Below are positions 29,617-38,795 of a stretch of 53,393 nucleotides of DNA, piece by piece. A program made the translations under genes and the position numbers. The stretch is from Candidatus Asgardarchaeum abyssi. Its GTDB lineage: Archaea > Asgardarchaeota > Asgardarchaeia > Asgardarchaeales > Asgardarchaeaceae. The stretch covers positions 1-53,393 of the forward strand of contig JBECUL010000011.1 in the NCBI GenBank assembly GCA_040225955.1. The letters run 5' to 3'. Every line of letters starts with the position of its first letter. The stretch's first letter is position 1. The notes under the pieces were generated by a model. The model was not told where the DNA came from and did no database searches. It saw only the letters and a list, made by a program, of their open reading frames with translations.

Positions 29617-30969
29617 ATGGAGTGGACATCAATAGTACTTGAGCGAGGGAAATGTGCGTGGGGAAGATGTTATTTTTGTGGTTGGGGTAAAAAAGTAGTA
29701 GAAAAAAGTATTGAGGATGTTAAAAAGGATTTTGATACACAAATCTCCAAAAAGAAAGGATACAGCAAATTAAAAATTTTCAGTTCAGGAAGTTTCCTTG
29801 ATGATAATCAATTTCCTAAGGAATTAAGGGAATATATTTTTTGCAGACTAAAAGAGTTAGGATTTAAAGAAGTTATTATTGAGAGCCGTGTTGAGTTTAT
29901 TACAAAAGATAAGATATTAGAGCTTAAGAAAGTTGCTGATATCAAATTTACAATAGCTATAGGCCTGGAAGTTGCTGATAACGATGCTCTAAAGATTCTA
30001 AATAAAGGATTAACTTTGAAGGTACTTGAAGAGAAAATCCAACTTCTAAAAGAAAATAATATTGGGGTAAGATTATATGTCTTAGCAAATCCACACCCTA
30101 AATTAAGAGATATCGAACTTGTAAACAAGACCGTTGAGTATGCATTAAGATTTGCAGATTCGGTGGTTGTGATTAACACATATCCTCATGTAAATTCTCA
30201 ACTATGGGAGGACTGGATAAAAGGGAGATGGAGACCTCTATCAAAAGAAGAATTCAATAAAATTGTGGAGAGATGGAAAGATTTTCCAAATGTAGAATTT
30301 GACTTCAATAATTTTGCATTTATACCAAAGTTTCCTAAAGAGAAAAGAGTAAAACTTAAAGGAGTAGGGCATGAGTTTCTTGTTCATCCGTATTATGAAG
30401 TATGGCAAGATTTTCTTCAAAGAATCTATGAACCCCCTAAAGGAAAAGAGTATGTACTATTTTTGCCATGTGCATATGTTAAACCATATACAAAATCTAA
30501 AACTTGGAGAGCTATTTTAAGGGGGATATCAGGATATCCCTTTTTCAAGAAACTTCATATTATAGCTATTAGCTCCCCAGGCGTTATTCCATACGAGTTC
30601 ATAAATTACTACCCGTTTAACAATTACGATTGGCCCGAGTGGCTTGAGACTAAAGAAATAAAGAGAGAATACATAGACGTTACCAAAAAGAGAATAAAGA
30701 AATATATAGGTGCCCATTATAACCATTACAGGAATATATATTTCGCTTACTTTAAATTAGATGCCGAAAGCCTAATAGCATTGAGGCAAGCTTTTGAAGA
30801 ACTAAGAAATGAAGGTTTTAATATTCAGCTGATTGAGTGTTTATCCGAAGATACTTATAAAAAAATAAGAGAAATAGATTATAAACCATTATTAGCGCAT
30901 CCTGAAGCAATTAATGATCTGAAAAAATGTCTAAAGGATTTCTTTATGAGAAAAAATACTAATAGATAA
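29617..30969 (+). CDS. RaSEA-like (archaeosine) radical SAM domain fused to a DUF5591/ArcS-like domain
   Basis: N-terminal RGKCAWGRCYFCG, KIFSSGSFLD, IESRVEFI, IAIGLE, LNKG; C-terminal FLPCAYVKPYTKS, ISSPGVIPYE..YPF..YDWP. Start at the ATG after the GGTGAG SD. Confidence 0.75.
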   Translation: MEWTSIVLERGKCAWGRCYFCGWGKKVVEKSIEDVKKDFDTQISKKKGYSKLKIFSSGSFLDDNQFPKELREYIFCRLKELGFKEVIIESRVEFITKDKILELKKVADIKFTIAIGLEVADNDALKILNKGLTLKVLEEKIQLLKENNIGVRLYVLANPHPKLRDIELVNKTVEYALRFADSVVVINTYPHVNSQLWEDWIKGRWRPLSKEEFNKIVERWKDFPNVEFDFNNFAFIPKFPKEKRVKLKGVGHEFLVHPYYEVWQDFLQRIYEPPKGKEYVLFLPCAYVKPYTKSKTWRAILRGISGYPFFKKLHIIAISSPGVIPYEFINYYPFNNYDWPEWLETKEIKREYIDVTKKRIKKYIGAHYNHYRNIYFAYFKLDAESLIALRQAFEELRNEGFNIQLIECLSEDTYKKIREIDYKPLLAHPEAINDLKKCLKDFFMRKNTNR

Positions 30970-31900
30970 GTGGAAGCTCAATAGGCTTTTCGTCGGTTGA
31001 AATGGGAGCATCTGATTTTTCAATAGCTTCAAGGACATCCTTTGGTAATATGAATAGTGATTTATGAAGCTCTGGATAATAGAATTTTGTTGTAACGCCT
31101 CGTTCATGCATTCTTTTCTCTATTTCTTTCTCACTTATTGTTAAGGGATCAACAATTTCAGATGCAGTAACATAACCCCAAAGAAATCCAAATGAGGGAA
31201 CATACGCTTTATATGGGCGAGTTACTTTGAAGACGGCAGATAACGTTCTAAGTATGCTTATAAAAAAGTATTGATACACATAGAGACTTTCAGCGTGGGT
31301 TACTATGGCACCGTCATCTGCAAGCTTACTTTTCACTAATTGATAAAATTCTTTTGTATAAAGATATCTCGATGGACCAGATGGATCAGTAAGGTCTATT
31401 ATAATGAAATCAAAAATTTCAGTAGTCTCTTTAATAAATTTTCGTCCGTCATCAATTATTACTTTAACTCTAGGATCGTCAAAGGATTTGCCCAACGTGG
31501 GGAAATATTTTTTAGAAAATTCTATGACCTCACGATCTATGTCAACAAGGATTACTTTTTCTACTATAGAGTGTTTTAAAACTTGCCTAAGTGCGCCGCC
31601 ATCTCCACCGCCAATTATTAGAACTTTTCTTGGATTCTCGATAGACAACATGGTAGGATGTACCAGTGCTTCGTGATAAATATATTCGTCGTAGGAAGAA
31701 AATTGGACTAGACCATCTAAGACTAGAACCTTGCCAAATAGAAGACTTTCAAATAGGTCAATACGCTGATATTTTGTTTCACCCGAATAAAGTATCTTGC
31801 TTACGTTGATAAGTCGACTGATACCATACATTGATTTTTCAATGAACTGAAATCGTCCAACTTCAGCTTCAAATGCCCATTTACTATTTTTTGTTATCAT
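30959..31900 (-). CDS. speE: Polyamine aminopropyltransferase (spermidine synthase)
   Basis: LVLDGLVQ, DEYIYHEALVH, LIIGGGDGG, VDID, IIDLTDP. Confidence 0.93.
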   Translation of the reverse strand: MITKNSKWAFEAEVGRFQFIEKSMYGISRLINVSKILYSGETKYQRIDLFESLLFGKVLVLDGLVQFSSYDEYIYHEALVHPTMLSIENPRKVLIIGGGDGGALRQVLKHSIVEKVILVDIDREVIEFSKKYFPTLGKSFDDPRVKVIIDDGRKFIKETTEIFDFIIIDLTDPSGPSRYLYTKEFYQLVKSKLADDGAIVTHAESLYVYQYFFISILRTLSAVFKVTRPYKAYVPSFGFLWGYVTASEIVDPLTISEKEIEKRMHERGVTTKFYYPELHKSLFILPKDVLEAIEKSDAPISTDEKPIELPLIY

Positions 31901-31920
31901 GTCATCACCTCAAAAAGTAA

Positions 31921-32328
31921 TTAGAAAACTTGATTGGCATAATTTGTATATTGAGGTTTGCTCTCGCTGCTTATCACTGGAGGAATTAACCCTCGTTTTA
32001 GCATCATAACTTGAACTTGCGCTGGCTTAAGCTCATTTACAATATAGTGATAAGCGTTCCAAGTGCTTTTTTCATCTTTGCAGGTAAAAATATCAATAGC
32101 TGCATATCCATATTCAGGCCAAGTATGTATCATTAAATGCGACTCGGCAATTATAGCCAGCACTGTAACACCTTGCGGCTCATATTTATGGGTATGAACA
32201 CTTAGCAGAGTTAGTCCCGCATATTCAATAGCTCGCTTAAGCAAATCTGCTAGATATCCTGCATCATTTAAAATCTCAAAGCTTAAGCCATTTAACTCCG
32301 CTACTACATGCCAACCTAATCCTTCCAC
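31921..32328 (-). CDS. speD: S-adenosylmethionine decarboxylase proenzyme
   Basis: PQGVT..IAESHLMIHTWPEYGYAAIDIFTC (ES cleavage site). Start assigned to the GTG at 32328, 6 nt after GAGGTG (32340-32335). Confidence 0.9.
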   Translation of the reverse strand: MEGLGWHVVAELNGLSFEILNDAGYLADLLKRAIEYAGLTLLSVHTHKYEPQGVTVLAIIAESHLMIHTWPEYGYAAIDIFTCKDEKSTWNAYHYIVNELKPAQVQVMMLKRGLIPPVISSESKPQYTNYANQVF

Positions 32329-32368
32329 ATCTACCACCTCGCATTAAGTTTTTGCTACAAGACAACAT
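32276..32368 (-). other. Candidate upstream ORF (30 aa) overlapping the speD SD and start in another frame
   Basis: GAGGTG (32381-32376) + 7 nt + ATG; reads MLSCSKNLMRGGRCGRIRLACSSGVKWLKL*; TTTATA box at 32395-32390. Confidence 0.35.
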
Positions 32369-32782
32369 AACTAACCACCTCACAAACAATATAAAGGATC
32401 CAAAAAATCTTTGAGAGAAAAAGATTGTAAAAAACTTATTTTTCATAGAAGAAGACAAAAAGTTATTTATAATAAGGTCTAAGGATTTAAAAACGTCATT
32501 GCGGGGTATCTTATACCAATTTTTGCCTGCATGGCACTGTAATAATCTCATTCCCCACATTTTTGTATTATAAAAAATGTTTTTTTGCGATTATTTTCAA
32601 ATCCGAGACTTACTTATATATTTTTTCCTTTATTAATTTTTTTAATCAAATATTTCCTGAAAAAAACAGAAAATAAATCTTTAATTTGTTTTAAAAAATA
32701 TAAAAGTGAATAAAAATAGAAAAAACTAAAAAAGAACCTTTTATTTTTAAAGAAAACAGTTAATATACCACGAATTGAAGAA

Positions 32783-33208
32783 TCAAGACATTCTTTTCAT
32801 TATTCTCTTATATATCCGCTCTTTTTTTCTTCGAATAGTCATTAAGTGCTTTCGTCTTTCTCTATCCAAACTTATTGGTTTTAATTGCCAAAGATAATGT
32901 CTAATAAATTCTCTTGCCTTTTTTAAGCCAGCAAAATATGGATACTTATTTTTAATTTCTTCAATACCGATTCTTCGCCCTTCTATATCCTTTAAAAACG
33001 ATTTAACTATTCTTGTCAAATGGCGTGTGATTTCTAAATACTCATCATACTCCTTACTAGTGAGATTTTGTTTTGATGGAAGTTCGTCGCATAGATTCTT
33101 TAACATTATAACTTTTTTGACTAAGAAAACTTTTTCAGGAATTTCTATGTCTGAATCTTTATCTATCTGTCGAAGTTTTTTCAAAAATAAGGAGTACTCA
33201 TCTTGCAT
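32783..33208 (-). CDS. Hypothetical basic protein
   Basis: 141-aa ORF with a Lys/Arg-rich C-terminus; no motif recognised. Confidence 0.55.
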   Translation of the reverse strand: MQDEYSLFLKKLRQIDKDSDIEIPEKVFLVKKVIMLKNLCDELPSKQNLTSKEYDEYLEITRHLTRIVKSFLKDIEGRRIGIEEIKNKYPYFAGLKKAREFIRHYLWQLKPISLDRERRKHLMTIRRKKERIYKRIMKRMS

Positions 33209-33281
33209 AACAATCCCTATTTAATTTTAGAAATACAAAATTAAAAAGCATTATGTTAATTTATCTATAAAAAAGAAAAAA

Positions 33282-36200
33282 TTAAGAGCGTTTTTTCACT
33301 ATTACCACTACAACAATTACTATTACAATGACAACACCTGCAGCTATGCCTATAAGTGTCCAATCAACTCCAGGAGCTGCTGCCTCAACAGTTAATGTTG
33401 CACTCTGGATGCTAAATGTCTCATAATTACTTGCAGAGATTGTAGCATTGAATGTATAAGTCCCTGCTTCATCAGCCTTGACAGTCCAGTTAGCTATTAC
33501 TGACTCACCCGGTTCAATATCACCAAGTATAGCTGTATCGGATTCGTTAACCAAAGTTAGACCTTCTGGAACCTCTATCTTGACTGATACATTCTCTGCC
33601 TTTAATGAACCGTCGTTTGTAACTTTTACACTCACAGTGAACTCAGCACCCTCAGTAACAGTGCCTGGTAATATGAAACTAGCAGTTAGATGAGGTGTTG
33701 GAGCAATTCCTAGTAACCACTCAATCGTGTTTCTTACGAATACTTGATTATTCTCCCACCAAGTAGCATAGTTTCCATCACTTCGAAGTATATAAGTGCT
33801 ACCATATGCAATTACTTTACCGCCATTAGTATTCTCATATGCAGCAACGCCTATAATGGAGCCGTTATCCCATGTAATAATAGTTCCATTATCAAGTCTA
33901 ACAAATGCATCTTCGTCTCCTAATAGGACTGGAATTGCATTGCCACTAAGTTTAAGACCAGTACCATCGTACCATACTTCAGTAACACCAATCTTTAATC
34001 TATTAGCCACATCATTGTCTGCCCATTCATATAGTTTTGGCCAATATGCATTACCATCAATGTTATTTGTTGGGTCTTCTATGTCTGCATCATACCAGTA
34101 GATACCCCAATCTTCAGTTATTTTATTCATGTATTCAGGATAGAAGTAGCTATACCAGTTTCCAGCAAGTAATAGTTTACCACCATTATTAACAAAATCT
34201 TTCAATGCTACGGCTTCAGTATCTGTTACAGCATCTTCAGGGTTCGGTAATATATAAATCTCAGCAGCCGCTAATAGATCACTTGTAATAGGCTCTTTGT
34301 TGATAATGACATTTCCATATTCTTCTAGTAAATCGATGAAATCAGATAACTTATCTGGATCAAAGTATTGACCATGCGCATAATCAACAATTATTGCTTT
34401 CTGTACTAGAACTTTCACAGTAATCGTATCTTCAACAGAACCTCCGTCCTCTGAGGTAATATTCACTGTAAATGTGTAATCTCCAGCTGCAGAAACTGTG
34501 AATTTCCATTTAACAATTGCATATTGAGATGGACTCAAATCGCCAACATCAGCTGTTAGGTTATCAGTAGTAGAGATATTTTCTGCAGGAGGTGTTACTT
34601 TAGCTACTATGTTATGTACTGATAAGTCAGCTATATTAGTGATATTAGCAGTTATGTTAAATTCATTGGATACAGTAAGAAGCACAACCGATGGTTCTGC
34701 ATGCAATTCAAGCGTTAGATCAGGAATTATCTCAACTTCAATAGTCTTTGTAATATTACCGCCTAGCGTGCTATTAACTTTAACTATAATTGAATATGTT
34801 CCTGGCACACTACTGTTAAATATTAAAACATATTCTCTTGAATCTCCTGGTGCAAGGTCACCGATAGTATATTCCGTCAGGTTGTATGTATTTATCTCTG
34901 CAGGGAAGGTTACTGTTAGGTTAACATTTGTTGCATTTACACCGCCAAAGTTGCTGACAACCACTGTTAAAGTTCCATTGTTTCTCATAGGCAATTCTTC
35001 AGGAGCTGAAACATCCATATATAGAACCGCAGACTTTCTTATCAGTTCTCCTTCAAGCCAACCCATTACATTCTCAATGAATTCTTTATTTGTTGCAAAG
35101 TAGTCATAGCTATCCCAAAATACGCTACTAGATCCTATGGCGAATATTCTTCCACCATCTTCAAGGTCAACAGCGGCAGCAGCAATAACATCAGAACCAT
35201 TAGCAATTATAGTATCAGCCTGCATAGCATAGGTGTTGTTTGGAACCGGATCCTCGTCTCCAAGGAGTATCTTCACTGCACCCTTTGCCTCATCGACGTC
35301 AAGAGCACCACCTTCATATTGAACAACAGATACATTCTCTGAAAGTAGATCCGCTAAAGTATTATTTGCAAATACTCTTAAGTATGGGTATCTTGATTTA
35401 CCAGTATTATTGTTTTCGTCATATATTGTTGACTTCAAGAATGTTATTCCGTACCCTGCGGTTATTTCATTGTAATCACTATTATTGCTCCAGTAGTACT
35501 CCCTGTTGGCTGCAAACAATACAGCACCGCTCTTATTCTCTATGAAGTCCTTTATGGCACCAATCTCATCTTGTGTCAGGTGAGTATTTATTGAGAATAT
35601 TATTAGAACGTCTGCAGCAGCTAGGAGTGATTTTGATATTGGATTCTTGCTAATAATGACATTCTCTTTATGAGCTTTTAACATATCTATAAATTGAGAG
35701 CATATGCTACTCGTGAAGTATTGATCATGGCTCTCATCAAAGACTATAGTTACAAACTCTTCGAAAAGCCAGTCAACAACATTTCTAGCAAATTTTTCAT
35801 TATCATACATATGGATATAGTCTCTATACCATTTTGCAGTATCATTTGCGAAGACCTTAGAAGAGCCAGACGCAAAGATACGCCCACCATCTAGAAGGTC
35901 TACAGCTGCAAACGGTATTACGTTGCTTGCATTTGCAAGAATCGTACCTGCTTCATCAACAGCATATGTGTTATTTGGAACGGGATCACTGTCACCAAGA
36001 CCAACAGCAAAAGCTTTACCAGTTACATTAAGTGTACCGCCATTAAATACAACTTCAGACACACCCTCTGTCATAAATACGGCATCTGGGGTTTCGTTAT
36101 TGAATACATGAATTATTGGCTCATAAGCATTGACATATCTATGATCATCTTCGTCCATTATTTCAGAATCATAGAAGATTATTCCGAACTCACCAGTTAT

Positions 36201-36653
36201 CTTTGTAAGGTTTACTGAATAGTAATTATACCAGTCACCCATTATAAGCAATGAGCCTCCATTTCTAATGAAGTCTTTTATGGCGTCGATTTCCTCATCA
36301 TAAAAATCTTTGCTTGGATTAGGAATTATAAGAACGGATGCATTTTCAAGATCATCTATTGTTATATTGTCGGTGTTTATAACAACATCCGCTCGCTCAC
36401 TTACAATTTGTAGAAAGTCATAAAGTCGCATATGATCATAGTACTGATTATGCCCTTCGTCAAACACAACAATTGGCCTTTGAGACTCGCCTAGAGAGTC
36501 AACTTCTTTTGATACAATATGTTCGTGAAATGTTATTTCAGGTTGTGTTGTTGTAATGCTTGCAGTCATTGGCATTTTGTACATTGCAACTAATGGGGAT
36601 AGCAAACTTAATAGTAAAATGACAATCAAAATGGAGCTTATATATTTTTTCAT
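33282..36653 (-). CDS. Large cell-surface glycoprotein with three GIFT/DUF4350-like domains and CARDB/NEW3-like Ig domains
   Basis: Signal peptide MKKYISS..; three repeats starting VFDEGHNQYY / VFDESHDQYF / IVDYAHGQYF, each with ..IKDFI..GG.LL..; Ig-like N.G...A.NV..LGDI.PG.S segments; many N-x-S/T sequons; C-terminal TM + KKRS. Confidence 0.8.
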   Translation of the reverse strand: MKKYISSILIVILLLSLLSPLVAMYKMPMTASITTTQPEITFHEHIVSKEVDSLGESQRPIVVFDEGHNQYYDHMRLYDFLQIVSERADVVINTDNITIDDLENASVLIIPNPSKDFYDEEIDAIKDFIRNGGSLLIMGDWYNYYSVNLTKITGEFGIIFYDSEIMDEDDHRYVNAYEPIIHVFNNETPDAVFMTEGVSEVVFNGGTLNVTGKAFAVGLGDSDPVPNNTYAVDEAGTILANASNVIPFAAVDLLDGGRIFASGSSKVFANDTAKWYRDYIHMYDNEKFARNVVDWLFEEFVTIVFDESHDQYFTSSICSQFIDMLKAHKENVIISKNPISKSLLAAADVLIIFSINTHLTQDEIGAIKDFIENKSGAVLFAANREYYWSNNSDYNEITAGYGITFLKSTIYDENNNTGKSRYPYLRVFANNTLADLLSENVSVVQYEGGALDVDEAKGAVKILLGDEDPVPNNTYAMQADTIIANGSDVIAAAAVDLEDGGRIFAIGSSSVFWDSYDYFATNKEFIENVMGWLEGELIRKSAVLYMDVSAPEELPMRNNGTLTVVVSNFGGVNATNVNLTVTFPAEINTYNLTEYTIGDLAPGDSREYVLIFNSSVPGTYSIIVKVNSTLGGNITKTIEVEIIPDLTLELHAEPSVVLLTVSNEFNITANITNIADLSVHNIVAKVTPPAENISTTDNLTADVGDLSPSQYAIVKWKFTVSAAGDYTFTVNITSEDGGSVEDTITVKVLVQKAIIVDYAHGQYFDPDKLSDFIDLLEEYGNVIINKEPITSDLLAAAEIYILPNPEDAVTDTEAVALKDFVNNGGKLLLAGNWYSYFYPEYMNKITEDWGIYWYDADIEDPTNNIDGNAYWPKLYEWADNDVANRLKIGVTEVWYDGTGLKLSGNAIPVLLGDEDAFVRLDNGTIITWDNGSIIGVAAYENTNGGKVIAYGSTYILRSDGNYATWWENNQVFVRNTIEWLLGIAPTPHLTASFILPGTVTEGAEFTVSVKVTNDGSLKAENVSVKIEVPEGLTLVNESDTAILGDIEPGESVIANWTVKADEAGTYTFNATISASNYETFSIQSATLTVEAAAPGVDWTLIGIAAGVVIVIVIVVVVIVKKRS

Positions 36654-36907
36654 TTTCGTTACCCCACGGGTTATTATTAAAACCACGTTTTAGAATTACA
36701 TAATTAGTAGGAGATATTTAATATTTTTTATCGCGATAGAGAACAAATATAATATTGAGAAGCCTAAAATTTTATTATTATTCAGTTATAGTTAGTAATT
36801 TTTCAGATTTCAGATTATAGTAGCTACCTTATTTTGATAATCTATAGGTTTATATGTATATATTATAGAACATAGTTAGAGGTACTTTAAAAATACGGTG
36901 CTAAAAG

Positions 36908-37936
36908 ATGATTGGACATGTTAAAGTTATCAATCTTCAAAAAATATACCGAGTCCCAGAAAAAAGAAGTTTCTTAAAGAGGACATACAAAACAATAAGA
37001 GCTATTGATAATGTAAGCTTTGAAGTTAATCCTGGAGAAATTTTTGGCTTATTAGGCCCAAATGGAGCAGGGAAAACCACACTTATTAAAGTTCTAACAA
37101 CATTGTTAATACCAGATAATGGAGATGCTTATGTTAATGGATATAATGTTTTGAAAGAGCCGTATAAAGTTCGGGCAACAATAGGAGTTATGTTGATGGG
37201 AGAGCGAAGTCTATACTGGAAATTAACTGGGAGAGAAAATCTTGAATACTTTGCGGCGCTTTATCATATTCCAAAAAATGAAATTAAGAGAAGAGTTAAT
37301 GAAATAATAGATTTTGTAGGCATTCAAGACTTTGCGGATAGACTTGTTGAAACTTACAGTAGTGGGCAAAAGATGCTTCTTGCTTTTGCAAAAGCGCTCA
37401 TAAATGACGCTCCCATCCTTTTTTTAGACGAGCCAACAATTGCAATGGATCCAAATAGAGCTATGGAAGTTAGAGAGCTTATAAGAAAACTAAACGAGAA
37501 ATATAAGAAGACGATATTTCTTACAACACATTTGATGAATGAGGCCGATACGTTATGTCATAGAGTTGCGATTATAGACAAGGGAAGAATTGTTGCAATG
37601 GATACTCCCCAAAATTTGAGAGTGAATATTCCTCATAAAGGAGCTATTGAAATTGAAATACAAGGAAGAAATATACAAAATATTATTAACGAAATAAGGG
37701 ATATCAATGGTATAGAAAAGATTGCATACTCCGCTATGAATACTGATCAAACTGTTTCTGTGAGAATACTTTGTGATAGCCCAAGAAACGTTTTACCTGA
37801 TGTAATGAATGTTCTTATCTCACATAAGGAGATTTCTATAAGGTATATAAACCCAACTGAACCCACCTTGGAGGACGTCTTTATATATTATACTGGACGA
37901 CGTCTTTCTGAAGATACAAGGGAGGAAGCATTGTGA
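36908..37936 (+). CDS. ABC-2 type exporter ATP-binding protein (DrrA-like)
   Basis: GPNGAGKTT, YSSGQK, FLDEPT, TTH, EPTLEDVF. Confidence 0.92.
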   Translation: MIGHVKVINLQKIYRVPEKRSFLKRTYKTIRAIDNVSFEVNPGEIFGLLGPNGAGKTTLIKVLTTLLIPDNGDAYVNGYNVLKEPYKVRATIGVMLMGERSLYWKLTGRENLEYFAALYHIPKNEIKRRVNEIIDFVGIQDFADRLVETYSSGQKMLLAFAKALINDAPILFLDEPTIAMDPNRAMEVRELIRKLNEKYKKTIFLTTHLMNEADTLCHRVAIIDKGRIVAMDTPQNLRVNIPHKGAIEIEIQGRNIQNIINEIRDINGIEKIAYSAMNTDQTVSVRILCDSPRNVLPDVMNVLISHKEISIRYINPTEPTLEDVFIYYTGRRLSEDTREEAL

Positions 37937-38793
37937 CTTGGAAAGAAAAAAACAAAATTGAGCCCATAATCACATTAATAATATACGTCTTTAAGATCCG
38001 ATGGAAGCACATGATTAGATATAAAGGCTGGTTTGTAATATCACTCTTCATTCCAGTAATATTCGCGGCATTTCCAATTCTCATAGGGACAGCAATGGCA
38101 GGTAGTCCAGCAAACGCTGCAATGAATTTTCAAAGGAATGTAGGAACCAGTAATTATGCACTTTATATGTTAATAGGGACGGCTATTTGGACTTTGGCAA
38201 TTGGAATTATGTGGGACTTTGGTACTTGGCTCAGAGATGAACAGCAGCAGGGCACACTAGAACAAATATTCTTAGCTCCAACTAGTATATTCTGGATTGC
38301 TGTTGGTTCATCGTTATTTGGCGTATTTCAATCATTATTGCAATTTGTAATTGTTATAATTGTAGGAGGTATTATATACCAAGTGATATTTGATATAATA
38401 ACCCCAGCTTTTTTAATAGCGATAATATATATTATTTTGGGAATTATTCCATTAATTGGAATATCACTGGTGTTAGGGAGCATAGTTGTGAAATACAAAG
38501 AAGCCACCTCTCTTTTTAATCTTCTTCAGCCAATTTTTGGATTTTTAATGGGCATTTTTTATCCAATAACTGTTCTTCCGATGATAGTAAGGTATTTATC
38601 ATATACGTTACCACTAACATATTCAACTAATGATGCTAGAGCTGTTTTATTGCATTTAAATTATATTTTTAATTTTTGGGTGGATCTTATCATACTATTA
38701 TTGTTTGTCGTAATATGGCCTCTACTGGGACTATGGGAATTTTCAATTATTGAAAAAGAAGCAAAGAAGAAAGGTACTTTAGGAGCGTACTAA
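37933..38793 (+). CDS. ABC-2 type transporter permease
   Basis: EQQQGTLEQIFLAP, GIFYPITVLP, LPLTY; about 6 TM helices. Confidence 0.88.
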   Translation: MTWKEKNKIEPIITLIIYVFKIRWKHMIRYKGWFVISLFIPVIFAAFPILIGTAMAGSPANAAMNFQRNVGTSNYALYMLIGTAIWTLAIGIMWDFGTWLRDEQQQGTLEQIFLAPTSIFWIAVGSSLFGVFQSLLQFVIVIIVGGIIYQVIFDIITPAFLIAIIYIILGIIPLIGISLVLGSIVVKYKEATSLFNLLQPIFGFLMGIFYPITVLPMIVRYLSYTLPLTYSTNDARAVLLHLNYIFNFWVDLIILLLFVVIWPLLGLWEFSIIEKEAKKKGTLGAY

Positions 38794-38795
38794 TA

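Noticed and set aside
32500-32559. Hairpin as a eukaryote-type SECIS element (AUGA..GA)
   Set aside because: The helix register after AUGA does not pair, the A-run is on the wrong side, and no UGA-interrupted selenoprotein gene was seen nearby
32276-32560. 94-aa ORF as a full-length gene
   Set aside because: The 5' part runs through low-complexity AT-rich promoter DNA with no SD; only the last 30 codons have a plausible start
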